This document shows positions 48,532-59,700 of a DNA stretch of 64,000 nucleotides, one piece after another. Every line of letters begins with the position of its first letter. Within the stretch, counting starts at the first letter, position 1. Made by a program: the position numbers and the translations under genes. Below the pieces are notes generated by a model. That model saw nothing but the letters and a program-made list of their open reading frames with translations. It was not told the DNA's origin and searched no databases. Source of the DNA: Candidatus Bathyarchaeota archaeon (lineage in GTDB: Archaea > Thermoproteota > Bathyarchaeia > Bathyarchaeales > Bathycorpusculaceae); assembly GCA_963707955.1 (NCBI GenBank), contig OY970176.1:1408001-1472000 (forward strand), written 5' to 3'.

Positions 48532-49782
48532 TTAGCTTCTGCCATCGCTGCGCTTCGAGATGCACTGTACTTCATAATCAACCAGACGGCCAAGTCTACT
48601 ATCCTCAGCAAACACATCTCGAATAAGGCTGCGTGCGATCTCAAGCCGTATCTTCTTCGTCCGCCCGTACCTTCCCATGCTAACGACCCTCGCGTTCAAC
48701 AATCCCATCGCGTCGAGCTCATTTATCAACGTGCTCAAACGCCGCTGGGTCAGCGGCGCAACTCCCAACTCCCCGCTGAGCTCGTCGTAGACCTCAGAGA
48801 TCTCACCCGTAATGGCGCCCCGAGCATCTCTCTTGCCCAAGTGATAGATGCTCAATGTTACGAGCTTCGAATGCAAAGTCAGGTTGCTCAAAGCTTCAAC
48901 AACGCGGTTGTGCTCAATGTGCTTCTCAGCCTCGCGAACATGCTCTTCAGACACTACGGTTAGCCCTTTTCGCTCAGCTACCTCGCCGGCAACGCGCAAA
49001 AGGTCTAAAGCTCGACGCGCATCTCCATGCTCTGCGGCAGCTAGAGCAGCGCAGAGGCCAAGTGCGGCATCGGATAATGCTTTCTGAGTGAAGGCTGCCT
49101 GTGCACGTTCAGCGAGTATGTTTCTCAACTCACCTGCGTCGTAAGGCCTAAAAACAATCTCCTCCTCGCTCAGTGAGCTTAGGACACGCGGATCTAGGAA
49201 TTCTTTGAAGCGCAGGTCGTTAGATATCCCAACAAGCGCTATTTTGCTATGCCTCAGAACCTCGTTCATTCTAGTTAACTCGTACAGAAAAGTGTCCCCA
49301 CGCATCTTTGTCAACGCGTCGGCTTCATCCAGGACCACCAAGAAAATCATGCCCGAAAGGTCCAGACCCGCAGTGAACCTGTCATAGACTTCACCAACGG
49401 ACAATCCTGTGAATGGAACCTGAACACCTAAACTCTGGCACATACTTGCAAAGACCCTGTACTCGGACCCAGCTACCCTGCAGTTGACGTAGCAGAACTT
49501 GAGGGGTGCGTTAAATTCTTTAGCCTTGAACTCAAGGCGAGTCAGAACATACTTGACGACAGCGGTTTTTCCGGTCCCTGTGTTTCCATAGATAAAAATG
49601 TTGGAGCTTCTTGCACCTTTAAGTAAGGGAGCAACAATTTCTCCCAATTGCCTGATCTGCCCTTCTCGGTGAGGAAGCTTGTCTGGGAGATAATCATGTC
49701 GGAGCACCTCTCGATCCTTGAAGACTGTGGCGTTGCTTGCGAAGTTCTCGAAGAGTTCATCAAGAATATCAGCATTACTCAT
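48532..49782 (-). CDS. cdc6: Orc1/Cdc6 replication initiator
   Basis: LPHRE, YGNTGTGKT, LDEAD, HGDARRALDLLR, MGRYGRTKKI. Confidence 0.97.
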   Translation of the reverse strand: MSNADILDELFENFASNATVFKDREVLRHDYLPDKLPHREGQIRQLGEIVAPLLKGARSSNIFIYGNTGTGKTAVVKYVLTRLEFKAKEFNAPLKFCYVNCRVAGSEYRVFASMCQSLGVQVPFTGLSVGEVYDRFTAGLDLSGMIFLVVLDEADALTKMRGDTFLYELTRMNEVLRHSKIALVGISNDLRFKEFLDPRVLSSLSEEEIVFRPYDAGELRNILAERAQAAFTQKALSDAALGLCAALAAAEHGDARRALDLLRVAGEVAERKGLTVVSEEHVREAEKHIEHNRVVEALSNLTLHSKLVTLSIYHLGKRDARGAITGEISEVYDELSGELGVAPLTQRRLSTLINELDAMGLLNARVVSMGRYGRTKKIRLEIARSLIRDVFAEDSRLGRLVDYEVQCISKRSDGRS

Positions 49783-49819
49783 TCAATCAACTCACATAGT
49801 CCAGTAGTAACAAGCGTTC

Positions 49820-50394
49820 TTCCTGTGGAAAACATAAGCCCTGCCGTACAGAAATCTAAATATTAAACACGATAATCCTAAAGAAGGAATACAACTTAAA
49901 CAGTAAACACCCTTCAAAATGAGCAGACACACCCCCCCGCTTCTGGTGGAAACGTTTAGCCTTTGAATTAAATAATGCTGGTCTGTTTTAGGAGAAGTTG
50001 TACTCCTCTAGGTAATTGGGTACTAAGATTATATTTGTTCTCACTAAGAATTTTAGACATTACTAAAAAACATTTTAAACTTAGTCACAGGCAATATAGG
50101 GCTTATAACCTTTCCAATGGAAATAAAGGGGTGTGTCTTCTTTCCAACCCACTATTTATGGTGCGGACTATCAATCAGATCCGTTTTATTATGTTATAGC
50201 CTCCAAGGGCGGATTCTATAGAATCGCCGCCCGACAATGGTGGGCACATTTTTGCCGACTTTCTATTCACTTTCCGTGAAGTCCTTATGAAGTTTATTTG
50301 CCAATGTCGTTTCCACATCCTCCTATTTCCTACAATTGAGTCCTCTATGCTTCTTTTCTGTGAATAGCCCACCCCTACTCTTCCACTGGAAAAC
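49820..50394. other. replication origin oriC (ORB elements and AT-rich DUE)
   Basis: ORBs with G-strings at 49932-49953 (-), 50111-50133 (+, TTTCCAATGGAAATAAAGGGG) and 50368-50394 (-, TTCCAGTGGAAGAGTAGGGG); mini-ORB at 49820-49831; AT-rich 49955-50110; directly upstream of cdc6. Confidence 0.92.
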
Positions 50395-50584
50395 GCGTTT
50401 CGTACCGAGTCTATTCTCATTTTGAGCTTCTGAAAACCTGTTATTCGCGCAACGTCAGTATAGCTGGAAATATCGCTGCTTTATCGGTTTAGAGGCCTTT
50501 CCTTTCCCTTTTGGAGCACAGAGTTCACCGTAACACCTATAGCTTGTGAACTGTGAAATTGTGAACACAGCTGCTAGGTGTAAA

Positions 50585-51031
50585 ATGCCAATGCCGGCAA
50601 CAAAAATGCGCGTCGAACTTTTCGACAGCGAGGGCAACCGTTATTCGATAAGCTTTGAAGGACAGGTCACACGTGATAAGGCGGTGCGGTTGCTCGACTT
50701 GGTGGAACTCCTCGGTGGGGTGCCTGGGGGTGGGGGAAATCCGGATTTCAATCCCACGTTGACTAAAGAACCGTCAAAGTATGACAAGGTTAGAGCGATA
50801 GTTCAAAAGCACTTCCCTTTGGTTTGGTTCTGCTCTAAAGAGGTACAAACTGTGTTCGAGCAGGAGTTCAGAGAGCCAATAGGCCTGAGTACTGTGGCAA
50901 CGTACCTCGCAAGGATGGCAGGAAAGAGGATCCTTATAAAAGCAGGGCCATCCAACAGCTTGAAGTATAAAGCGGCAACAAGTATGCCACAGGTCACCGC
51001 GAAAGTCACGGACATTGCAATGAAACAGTGA
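50585..51031 (+). CDS. origin-adjacent protein: small N-terminal domain, Gly linker, C-terminal winged helix
   Basis: FCSKEV...EPIGLSTVATYLARM...ILIKAG...KYK wHTH pattern. Confidence 0.8.
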   Translation: MPMPATKMRVELFDSEGNRYSISFEGQVTRDKAVRLLDLVELLGGVPGGGGNPDFNPTLTKEPSKYDKVRAIVQKHFPLVWFCSKEVQTVFEQEFREPIGLSTVATYLARMAGKRILIKAGPSNSLKYKAATSMPQVTAKVTDIAMKQ

Positions 51032-51068
51032 ACTCTCACGGCCGCCAGTTTTCATTCAGACAGGCAAG

Positions 51069-51782
51069 CTAGGCAGCTTGATCCTCTGGTTTCCTCAGAA
51101 GTTTCTCCATCTCCTTCTTGGAGCTGTACTTGAACGGGATCTTACTGGTCTCCCTCTCCAAGTATCCTTCTTCGTAGAGCTTCTTCATCAACCTTGCCGT
51201 GTGTTCCCTACTAAGTCTTACTTTCTCCTTTATCTGTGGCGCGGTCTTTGGCCCCTCTGATGCGAGCATCTCCAACACAGCAACTTCTGTTCCCGTCAAC
51301 TGTGCCAACGCCTTGTCTCTCCTTATTGGTATCGCCGCTTCAAGACTGGTTTCAGGAACGGCTGAGAATTGCCTAGCCTGCTGTTCCAAGTTCACAATTT
51401 TTGCTGTGACTGCTTCTTGTGATGCTACTATGTCACGTGTTTTGTTTTCAACTTCAGCTAGCCGGACTGCCAACGTCTCTCTGCCTTCAGAATCGGCACT
51501 GACCTTCGCCTCCGCGGTGCTCATCCTCTTCTCTACATCTCCCATCATGCCGAGTATTCTGTCGCCTTTCGAATCCACAGCCCCAACCTTGTAAGCAAGT
51601 GTCTCCAACTTCTCGCCTTCGCGCCTGAACTGCCTATTGAAGCTCAAAATAATGTCCTCGACCGCTCCTCGTGCTTTTTCATATTCCTTTTTGGATTGGC
51701 GCAACCTACGGTAATATTCCACCGCCGAAACTGCGGTGGTTGCGAGCAGACAACTTACGAGGATGAACAGTAGATAATCCAA
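51069..51782 (-). CDS. membrane-anchored coiled-coil protein with C-terminal winged HTH
   Basis: N-terminal TM (YLLFILVSCLLATTAVSAV) followed by RRLR, a heptad-rich middle, and LTGTEVAVLEML...SREHTARLMKKLYEEGYLER. Confidence 0.85.
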   Translation of the reverse strand: MDYLLFILVSCLLATTAVSAVEYYRRLRQSKKEYEKARGAVEDIILSFNRQFRREGEKLETLAYKVGAVDSKGDRILGMMGDVEKRMSTAEAKVSADSEGRETLAVRLAEVENKTRDIVASQEAVTAKIVNLEQQARQFSAVPETSLEAAIPIRRDKALAQLTGTEVAVLEMLASEGPKTAPQIKEKVRLSREHTARLMKKLYEEGYLERETSKIPFKYSSKKEMEKLLRKPEDQAA

Positions 51783-51794
51783 TAGAAATCCGCC

Positions 51795-52080
51795 TGTGAT
51801 TCAAACGTGATTATGCGTGACTCAAGCACGTTGCATCACACATCACATCTTACCCATGCGGCATTTAAGCCTTATTGTGTGTATCATGGTGGCGAGCAGA
51901 CATGACATCACATGTCACACTTTCAAGTTAAATTAACATGTTGGGTGGCTTGTGAATGCTCTCTAGAAAGAGGGCTGCTGTGGGTTCTTATCCAGATTTG
52001 CGGCGTGATTCTGTCTTCTGCGAAAAGCTATAGTTGCGGGGCATAAGTGCCGTATTGTGGGGCGTGATTTGTGACGTCAC
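51795..52080. repeat. cluster of GTGAY/RTCAC pentamer repeats (array 1)
   Basis: Copies at ~51796, 51807, 51817, 51835, 51842, 51907, 51914, 52005, 52064, 52071, 52076, in both orientations. Confidence 0.75.
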
Positions 52081-52593
52081 ATAAGCCTCGTCGAACGACT
52101 AGAGAGCTCTTTGAGGCTTGTTTCGAGCTGTTGGCGGAGTAAACCTATGATCTTCAGTCGCTCACTGATGCTTGTGCCTTCGCTGATCGCGTTCTTGTAC
52201 CCATCTAGGTATGTGTGCAGTTGGTTCGCGACCTCAAGGTATGGGTCGAGAGACTGTGGTCTCAAAGAGTCCCAAGTACCCCAGCAGTATTACCGTGTAG
52301 ATGGATTTTGTGACATTTTGTTTGGCCTGCCTTAGGGTCCGGTTGAACGCTCCGCGACTGATTTTGGCCTTAGTTAGCCTTAATCGGGCCTTTTCGTCGT
52401 ATTTCAGCGATTTGCCTGCGATATTATCGGACAATATGTCTATGAGGAGTGTTTCGAGCTGGGTTTTTGTTAAATGGCTGTTGTCAGCCATTATTTTGGC
52501 AATTGGGTCGTTGATTGAGCTTTCTAGCAATGAATGAACGCTATCTCTTAGCTTCAAGTCTCGTCGCTCCTGAGATGATGCAAATGAATACAT
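52077..52593 (-). CDS. HTH-like hypothetical protein with a frameshift near 52255
   Basis: SHLTKTQLETLLID...ISRGAFNRTLRQAKQNV...GYLGL, continuing as SLDPYLEVANQL in the adjacent frame. Confidence 0.7.
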
Positions 52594-53133
52594 TTTTGTA
52601 TACAGGGTCGGCTCTTAAGGGTATCGAATTCCGAAGAACCTTGCTTCAAGTCTGGAGGCGCAAGAGCATTGTGCCGGTAGAATCAGAAAATGGTTAGAAG
52701 GAGCAAGCGGTTTCCAAGTTTGACTCTCCCAAGAGGCTTAAACTCATAACGCTTTGTGTACTGTGCCGCTTTTTTGCTTTGGCCCAAAAAACGCCGAGCG
52801 CTTCATTAACCTGGGCGTGTGCAGACCCGATTTGCGCTCTCTGGAGGGATCCTGGTGTGGGCAGTGAGCTGCAAGACAAGCCTATGGAGTCGTAGGAGGC
52901 TAATAGTGGAGAGAGCCTATTGGGTTACGCGCCTAAGTGTGGTCGAAACTGTGACGTGCTGGTGGCAGTTGATGAGGCAGAAGTATTTTCGCTGATTTGA
53001 CCGTCTTTTCGGAGGTGGGTAGTGTGATGCTGCTTCCCAACGTTAGGTTCGTTGTGTAAGCACCCAGTACTCTTGGCTGTGAAGATTTTAGGCAGCATTC
53101 CTTTGTTAGAAAATACGGCTTGAAGCAATGGTT

Positions 53134-53295
53134 TGTGATGTGACACCACCCGTCACGCTTGAATCACGTGTGATGACCCCCAATTTCCAAACAGCTCGGC
53201 TGCTACAGTTCTTTCCGTCAATGACGCTATTCCCTTGGGAGCGCGGCGGTTGAGCGTGACATGATTGTGATTTGTGATCAGTGCACGAGATGATA
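53134..53295. repeat. cluster of GTGAY/RTCAC pentamer repeats (array 2)
   Basis: Copies at ~53135, 53140, 53152, 53163, 53170, 53256, 53267, 53274, plus ATGAY variants. Confidence 0.75.
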
Positions 53296-53378
53296 GTTCG
53301 TAATGATATCTGGTTGATTGTCTGGCGACTTTCCAAGAATGCGTAAACGGTTCTTGGCGGTTAACTTGTTTCTCAGGC

Positions 53379-54212
53379 CTACAATTCTTCTGCGCGCTTC
53401 TTTAATTTGTCAAACAGCTCTGGACGTAGATCTTTCAACGTAGGAACGAAGGTTTCAAGAGGTCTTATGTCGGCGTAGTCCACCTCGCACATCACAAAAT
53501 CTTCTTCGTCATACTTTGCTTGAGCAAGAACTCTCCCGTTTGGACCTACGAGCCTGCTGCCGCCCCAAAACTGCAAGCCGTCCTCGACTCCGACCAGGTT
53601 TACAAAGGCCAGAAAGGTCGTGTTTTCGACTGCGCGTGCAGCCGTGAGTATTTCAAAGAATGATCGGCGGACTGCTGGTGAGGCTGAAATGCACACAGTC
53701 AGTTGGGCTCCTTCGAGTCGTGCGAGTCGAGTCACTTCTGGGAAGTAGATGTCGTAGCATATGAGCAAACCTATCTTTCCAAGGTCGGTGTCGAACGCCG
53801 GGGCTTCGTGGCCTGGGCGGAAATATCTTTTTTCCTCAAAGACGCTGTGAGTTGGGAGGTACATCTTGCGGTATTTGCCGATGAAGCCCTTGGGACCCAC
53901 AAGCACTGCGGTGTTGTGAAGGGTAGCCTGTGTCTTCTTGCTCTTTTCAGGCATGCCAAAAACGACGTGTATACCTGCCTTCCTAGCAATTCTCTCGATG
54001 ATTCTCGTCGATGGGCCGGGGATCTCTTCAGCCAATTCGTAGATCTGGTCTCTTACAACGTAGCCCGTGAGCGAGAGTTCTGGCAATATCACCAGGGCTG
54101 CTCCTTTCTCCTCGGCTCTAGCAACGGCGCCTTCAATCTTCTTCAGGTTCTGTTCCTTGTCTCCAGGTTTGCAGCTAATCTGCGCTAAGGCAACCATAAA
54201 TCTATCCTTCAT
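53379..54212 (-). CDS. carbon-nitrogen hydrolase (nitrilase family)
   Basis: LPEL, YRKMYL, ICYDIYFPE catalytic triad. Confidence 0.93.
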   Translation of the reverse strand: MKDRFMVALAQISCKPGDKEQNLKKIEGAVARAEEKGAALVILPELSLTGYVVRDQIYELAEEIPGPSTRIIERIARKAGIHVVFGMPEKSKKTQATLHNTAVLVGPKGFIGKYRKMYLPTHSVFEEKRYFRPGHEAPAFDTDLGKIGLLICYDIYFPEVTRLARLEGAQLTVCISASPAVRRSFFEILTAARAVENTTFLAFVNLVGVEDGLQFWGGSRLVGPNGRVLAQAKYDEEDFVMCEVDYADIRPLETFVPTLKDLRPELFDKLKKRAEEL

Positions 54213-54234
54213 GAACTATCCTCCTCCGTTCAGT

Positions 54235-55077
54235 CTAACAGGGGCCGCGTGGAAACCTGAAGTCAGTACCTATCGTTCGATATTCAAGCTTTGCTGTCAG
54301 TAACATGCGCCTCTTGTGCTCTGCTGAAAGCCACCTGCGCTCTATTCTGATGACTGCGCTTTTTTCAATCTGCAGCTTATCCGCTATTTCCTCTGGCTTC
54401 AGGAAATGTTCCAGTCCGTATAAGATAAGGTCAAGCTGTTCATACTTTATGCCCAGTTCGTCCTCGGCCAGCTGGTTTGGCCAGAGAGCAGGGGAAGAGG
54501 GTTTTTCGACGACTTCTCTTGGGATGCCTATATGCTCGGCTACTTTTCGAACTTGGGTCTTGTACAGATCCATTATCGGCGATATGTCCGCCGCAACATC
54601 TCCCCATTTCGTGAAGTAGCCCATCATGGTTTCTGACTTATCTGAGGTTCCGCAGACGAGCATACTCAGCCTGTTCGCGTAGTAGTATACGTAAATCATG
54701 CGTGTCCGCGCCTTTATGTTGCCCTTGCTCAACTTGTCTGAAGGGTCGTATATCCTCATTGAACTGTAAAACGCCTCTAACGGAGCTGTGATGTCGATTG
54801 CTTCTGTTTTGAAATGGAATTTCTTAGCAACGAGTTTCGCATGTTCGATGTCTTGGGAGCTTCGCGTTTCTTTCTCGGGTAGCATGAGTCCTAGGACTTT
54901 GTCTCCGCCTATGGCTCTAGCCGATATCGCAGCTACGGTGCAGCTGTCTATTCCACCGGATACTCCCAAGACTATGCCCTTAACGCCCGTGGTCTCCACA
55001 TAGTCCTTGATGAACCGTTGGATCCTGTTCTCCGTTTCTGGCAGATTTAGATCAAGAACTGCAGGCGTCAACTCCAA
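54235..55077 (-). CDS. nadE: NAD+ synthetase
   Basis: GVSGGIDS, NIKARTRM, GYFTKWGD, LYKTQV, SEHKR-like AEHKR. Confidence 0.95.
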   Translation of the reverse strand: MELTPAVLDLNLPETENRIQRFIKDYVETTGVKGIVLGVSGGIDSCTVAAISARAIGGDKVLGLMLPEKETRSSQDIEHAKLVAKKFHFKTEAIDITAPLEAFYSSMRIYDPSDKLSKGNIKARTRMIYVYYYANRLSMLVCGTSDKSETMMGYFTKWGDVAADISPIMDLYKTQVRKVAEHIGIPREVVEKPSSPALWPNQLAEDELGIKYEQLDLILYGLEHFLKPEEIADKLQIEKSAVIRIERRWLSAEHKRRMLLTAKLEYRTIGTDFRFPRGPC

Positions 55078-55173
55078 AGGGGTGCGCTCCCATGGGTGTA
55101 TGGTTGTAGGCAACTATTTAAGGACAAACATAAATATGGATGTCTGACGTTTCCAGCAGAGAAGGACCCGGAT

Positions 55174-55437
55174 ATGGGTAGAAGAAGGAAAAAGGTTGTA
55201 CGAATCCCTAGGAAACATCTTCCAAGACTGTTCCCTTGCCCCAGGTGTGGGAAGGAAACGGTGAGGGTTGAGATTCTTCGTGAGGAAGGATGCGCAGTCG
55301 TTGGATGCGGTAGCTGTGGTCTCAAGGAGCGGTTCCCAGTTAAGCCTGCTCAGGCTGAGGTCGACGTTTACTGCATGTTCACCGATAAGACGTATGGCCA
55401 GTCTCGAAGGCCCTCTGCTGTGATCAAGGGTGCCTGA
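55174..55437 (+). CDS. elf1: transcription elongation factor Elf1
   Basis: MGRRRKK...FPCPRC...CGSCG...VDVYCMFTD. Confidence 0.9.
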   Translation: MGRRRKKVVRIPRKHLPRLFPCPRCGKETVRVEILREEGCAVVGCGSCGLKERFPVKPAQAEVDVYCMFTDKTYGQSRRPSAVIKGA

Positions 55438-55451
55438 TCAGGTCGGTCTGT

Positions 55452-56204
55452 ATGGAAGGTAACGTTGAAAAGTATCTTCTTGAAAAGATCGCGGTCGAGG
55501 GTTCCATTCACATAACGCTTATAGATCCTGAAAGGGTGACTCCGCCCCAGGCTTCGAAGATCGCGGGTAAAGCGAGAGCATGCGAGACTTCGGCCATTAT
55601 GATCGGTGGGTCGACGTTCGTGGCTGCAGCTCATCTAGATGATGTTGTGAAGATGGTCAAGCGTGCTGTGAAGATTCCGATAATCCTTTTCCCCAACAAT
55701 GTTACTGGTATAAGCCGTTACGCAGATGCTATATGGTTTATGTCGCTTCTGAACTCGGTGGACCCGTACTTTCTAATGGGGGCTCAGATCTTGGGGGCTC
55801 CTCTTGTAAAAAGGTACGGTTTGGAACCTCTCCCGCTTGGCTACGTAATCGTTGGTGAGGGCGGCACAGCTGGCATTGTTGGTAAGGCTATTCCGATCCC
55901 GTACGACAAGCCTGAGCTAGTGGCGGCCCACGCCTTAGCAGGCCAGTACCTGGGCATGCGCTTCATCTACTTGGAAGGCGGGTCGGGTGCCAAGAATCCA
56001 GTTCCTTCTGAGATGATCCGCGCTGTCAAGCATTACGTTGATGTACCCCTGGTTGTTGGGGGTGGCATAAGATCCCGCGAGCAAGCGTTAACCGCGGCGT
56101 CTGCGGGCGCAGACATAATCGTCACAGGCAACCTCGTTGAGGAGACAGGCATCAAGCACAAGGTTTCGGAGATCATCGAAGGCATAAGACGCGGCAGGAC
56201 GTGA
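55452..56204 (+). CDS. geranylgeranylglyceryl phosphate synthase
   Basis: LIDPE, IMIGGS, SLLNS, YLEGGSGA, VGGGIR. Confidence 0.95.
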   Translation: MEGNVEKYLLEKIAVEGSIHITLIDPERVTPPQASKIAGKARACETSAIMIGGSTFVAAAHLDDVVKMVKRAVKIPIILFPNNVTGISRYADAIWFMSLLNSVDPYFLMGAQILGAPLVKRYGLEPLPLGYVIVGEGGTAGIVGKAIPIPYDKPELVAAHALAGQYLGMRFIYLEGGSGAKNPVPSEMIRAVKHYVDVPLVVGGGIRSREQALTAASAGADIIVTGNLVEETGIKHKVSEIIEGIRRGRT

Positions 56205-56738
56205 AAGGCCGTTGACGGCTCTTAAACCTGCTTCAATGCCCTGAAAACTTTCCGCCAGCGAAGACGTCCCCGCTGTTTAACCATTTTGAACCGCAACGCA
56301 TCAAGCATGAATGCGCTTGGATGGCCCATTAGTCTAGCCTCGGCTTAACCTTCCCTGTTTTGTGTTTTGCCTCGCCTAACACGCCTACCCTCTAGGTTTT
56401 TCCTGCGGCAGATACCGTTAGCGACTCTTAGTAGGACACTTGCAGAGCCTTGTCACTGGTCAGGAAACCACTTTCAAAATGAGAGTCTGAGACGCACGCT
56501 ACCTACAACGTCCAAGCTACAGAGACTACGCTGAGAAAAGAGGTAAGACTGCGAGAGAAGCGACCAAAGAGCAACCAGCCTCGCGCTAGGAGTGAGGTAA
56601 CCAGCAGTTTGTTTGTGTAGAATTCGCACGGAGTGGAAACGCTCAACGATTTGACTTTTTGACTTGTTCCTGTCAGAGAACAGAAATAAGCTTGTTTCAT
56701 GCACAAAGGTCTTGCGAGTGGGAGACTTGGGCGAAAAG

Positions 56739-59700
56739 ATGAGCGCAGCTTACCGCCAATATGCTGAGGCTCTTGAAAGTGGACTGACCCAACTCTGCGA
56801 ATTGAGCAAGAAGGCTAGGGAGAAGGGGCTTGACCCTTCGCTTAAACCTGAATGCAGGATCGCTAAGGACCTGGCCGACCTCGTCGAGGGGCTCGTGGGC
56901 CCGAAAGGAGTTGCTGACAGCATAAGGGAGCTGAGTTCTAGGCTTTCGAGGGAAGAGCTGGCGTTCAAAGTGACCGAAGAAATAGTCCACGGCAAGTTCG
57001 GACACATGGAACCAGAAGCCGCTGCAGAACAAGCGATTCGAACTGCGCTGGCGATTTTCACGGAAGGTTTGACGGCTGCGCCAATACAGGGAGTAGCACA
57101 TGTGAAGATCAAAACAAATAGCGACCGGACACGTTACCTTGCTATATACTTTGCAGGTCCTATAAGGTCAGCAGGCGGAACAGACCAAGCGTTAACGCTG
57201 GTTGTTGGTGACTTCGTACGGCGCCTCCTCGGACTTGACCGCTACAAGCCCACGGAGGAAGAAACGTCACGTTTCATTACAGAACTCAGAACCTACGAAC
57301 GCTCCTCAGGAATGCGCTTCCAGTATCACATTCCTGACGAAGAGTTGAGAAAGGCCCTTGAGTGGTTGCCAGTTGAGGTGACGGGCACGGAGTCTGACCC
57401 GATTGAAGTGTCCATGTTCCGTAACCTCCCGCGGGTAGAAACAAACCGCGTCAGGGGCGGAGCGCTCAGAGTCGTAAACGACGGCATCGTCGGACGAGCC
57501 CAGAAAGTTCTTACAATCATCGAAAAACTCGAGTTTCAAGGATGGGACTGGCTTAGCGACCTCCACAGAAAATCCGAGAAAAAGTCCTCCGGGTTCATGG
57601 ACGACGTCATTGCCGGCCGCCCCGTGTTCTCTTTCCCCTCAAGACGTGGAGGCTTCCGCCTAAGATACGGCAGAGCAAGAAACACAGGCCTAGCAGCCGT
57701 GGGCATCCATCCAGCAACCATGCTCGTGTTAGACGGTTTCCTCGCAGGTGGAACACAACTCCGGATGGAACTCCCTGGAAAAGGCGGCATCGTGGTCCCG
57801 GTCGACACCATCGAGGGCCCAGTAGTGCGACTGAACGACGGGTCGGTTATCCGAGTGTCAGTGGACGACTTCAACGATGCAAAAGACCGAATTGAGAAGA
57901 TACTCTTCCTCGGAGACATTCTCGTCAGTTTTGGGGACTTCCTCTACAACAGCAGGTTTCTAGCGCCTTCGGGCTACGTCGAGGAGTGGTGGGCTGAAGA
58001 CCTGCGAAAGAAAGTTGCAGAAAAGTTTGATGGCAACGTTGAAAGGGTTTCTGAAACTGTGGGTATTCAGCCCGAAAGACTGAAGAGTCTCTTAGCAAAC
58101 TTTTTCGTCAGTAAGCCCAGCCTCTCTGAAGCCGTTGCATTGTCAACAGAAACGCGTGTTGCGTTACACCCAGCTTTCACGTTCTTCTGGTCAAGCCTTT
58201 CCTCAGTCGAGCAGCTTAAACAGCTGAGAACATGGCTTCTCGCGTCTCAAGTGCAAACTGAAGGTTCTGTCGTTCGAAAGATTGTGGGCGCAATGGATTC
58301 AGACGTTAAGTGTGCCTTGGAAATGATATGCCTTCCTCATAAAGTCTTAAACGACAAGATAATCATCGAGGGAGAAGACGCTGGTGCCTTCGCTCTCTGC
58401 TTAGGCTCCGGGGCTCCATGTGACCTGATTTTTTCATCTGCAAAAACCGTTCTGGAAGCCGTCAATTCTCTGTCAAGTGTGCAGGTCAAGGATAAGGCCC
58501 CCACGCTTGTAGGCGCAAGAATGGGAAGACCTGAAAAGGCAAAAAGGCGCGAGATGAAGCCGCTTGTGCACGTTCTTTTCCCGGTCGGTCTAGCAGGAGG
58601 TTCGCAGAGAGACCTCGTTGAAGCAGCAAAGCATGGGCCGATCTTTGTGGAAATCATCAAACGAAAGTGCCCAGAATGTGGGACCTTCACTTCTCGCGTC
58701 AAATGCCCCGCATGCGGTTCGGAAACGGCTCCTGAGAAGAGTTGCCCACGGTGTGGAAAAAGCCTGAAACAAGATGAATGCCCTACTTGCAAGACCTCTG
58801 CGATAAGATATCAGAAGCAGGTCGTCAATTTCAGAGAGGCGCTTGAGAGTGCATGTTGTGACTTGTCTGTTTCGATGCCACGGATCTTGAAGGGAGTGAA
58901 GGGGCTGACAAATCAAACCAAGACGCCTGAAATACTCGAAAAAGGCGTTCTGCGGTCAAAGCATGACCTCTCAGTTTACAAGGATGGAACGATACGGTTT
59001 GACACCACTAATGCCCCTCTGACACATTTCAAGCCTTCTGAAGTTGAAGTTTCAGCCCAGACACTTAGGGAGCTTGGTTACACCTGTGACGTGAAAGGCG
59101 CGCCATTGGCGGATGCAAGTCAAGTGTGCGAACTCAAGCTTCAGGATGTCGTTATTCCTGTGAAAGCTGCAGAATACTTTGTGACGGTCGCAAGTTTTCT
59201 AGACGAACTTCTATCCAAGGTTTATGGACTTCCGCCATACTACAATGCCCGACGAACCGAAGACTTGGTTGGGCACTTCGTCATTGGTCTAGCTCCCCAC
59301 ACCTGCGTAGGAATCTTGGGACGCATCGTAGGCTTCACGAACCTGAACCTCTGCTATGCACACCCCATCTGGCACTCAGCGAAGAGGAGAGACTGTGACG
59401 GCGATGAAGACACTCTGATGCTTGCCCTCGACACGCTCCTCAACTTCTCACGCGAGTACCTGCCTGCACAGATCGGCGGGATAATGGATGCTCCGCTGCT
59501 GCTCATTCCAGTTGTGAACCCGAATGAGGTGCAGAGGCAGGCCCACGACTTTGACGTTGCCGATTCCTATCCGCTTGAGTTTTTTGAAAAAACATGGGAA
59601 AAGGTTGAAGCTAGACAAGTCAGTTCAATGATAGACCTCGTGGGTTACCGTCTTGGCACTGAGGCACAGTTTGAGGGCTTCAACTTTACGACACCCGTGT

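Noticed and set aside
56205-56720. Long spacer before DP2 as an ncRNA or small gene
   Set aside because: Only short isolated hairpins and weak ORFs; I could not build a nested structure.
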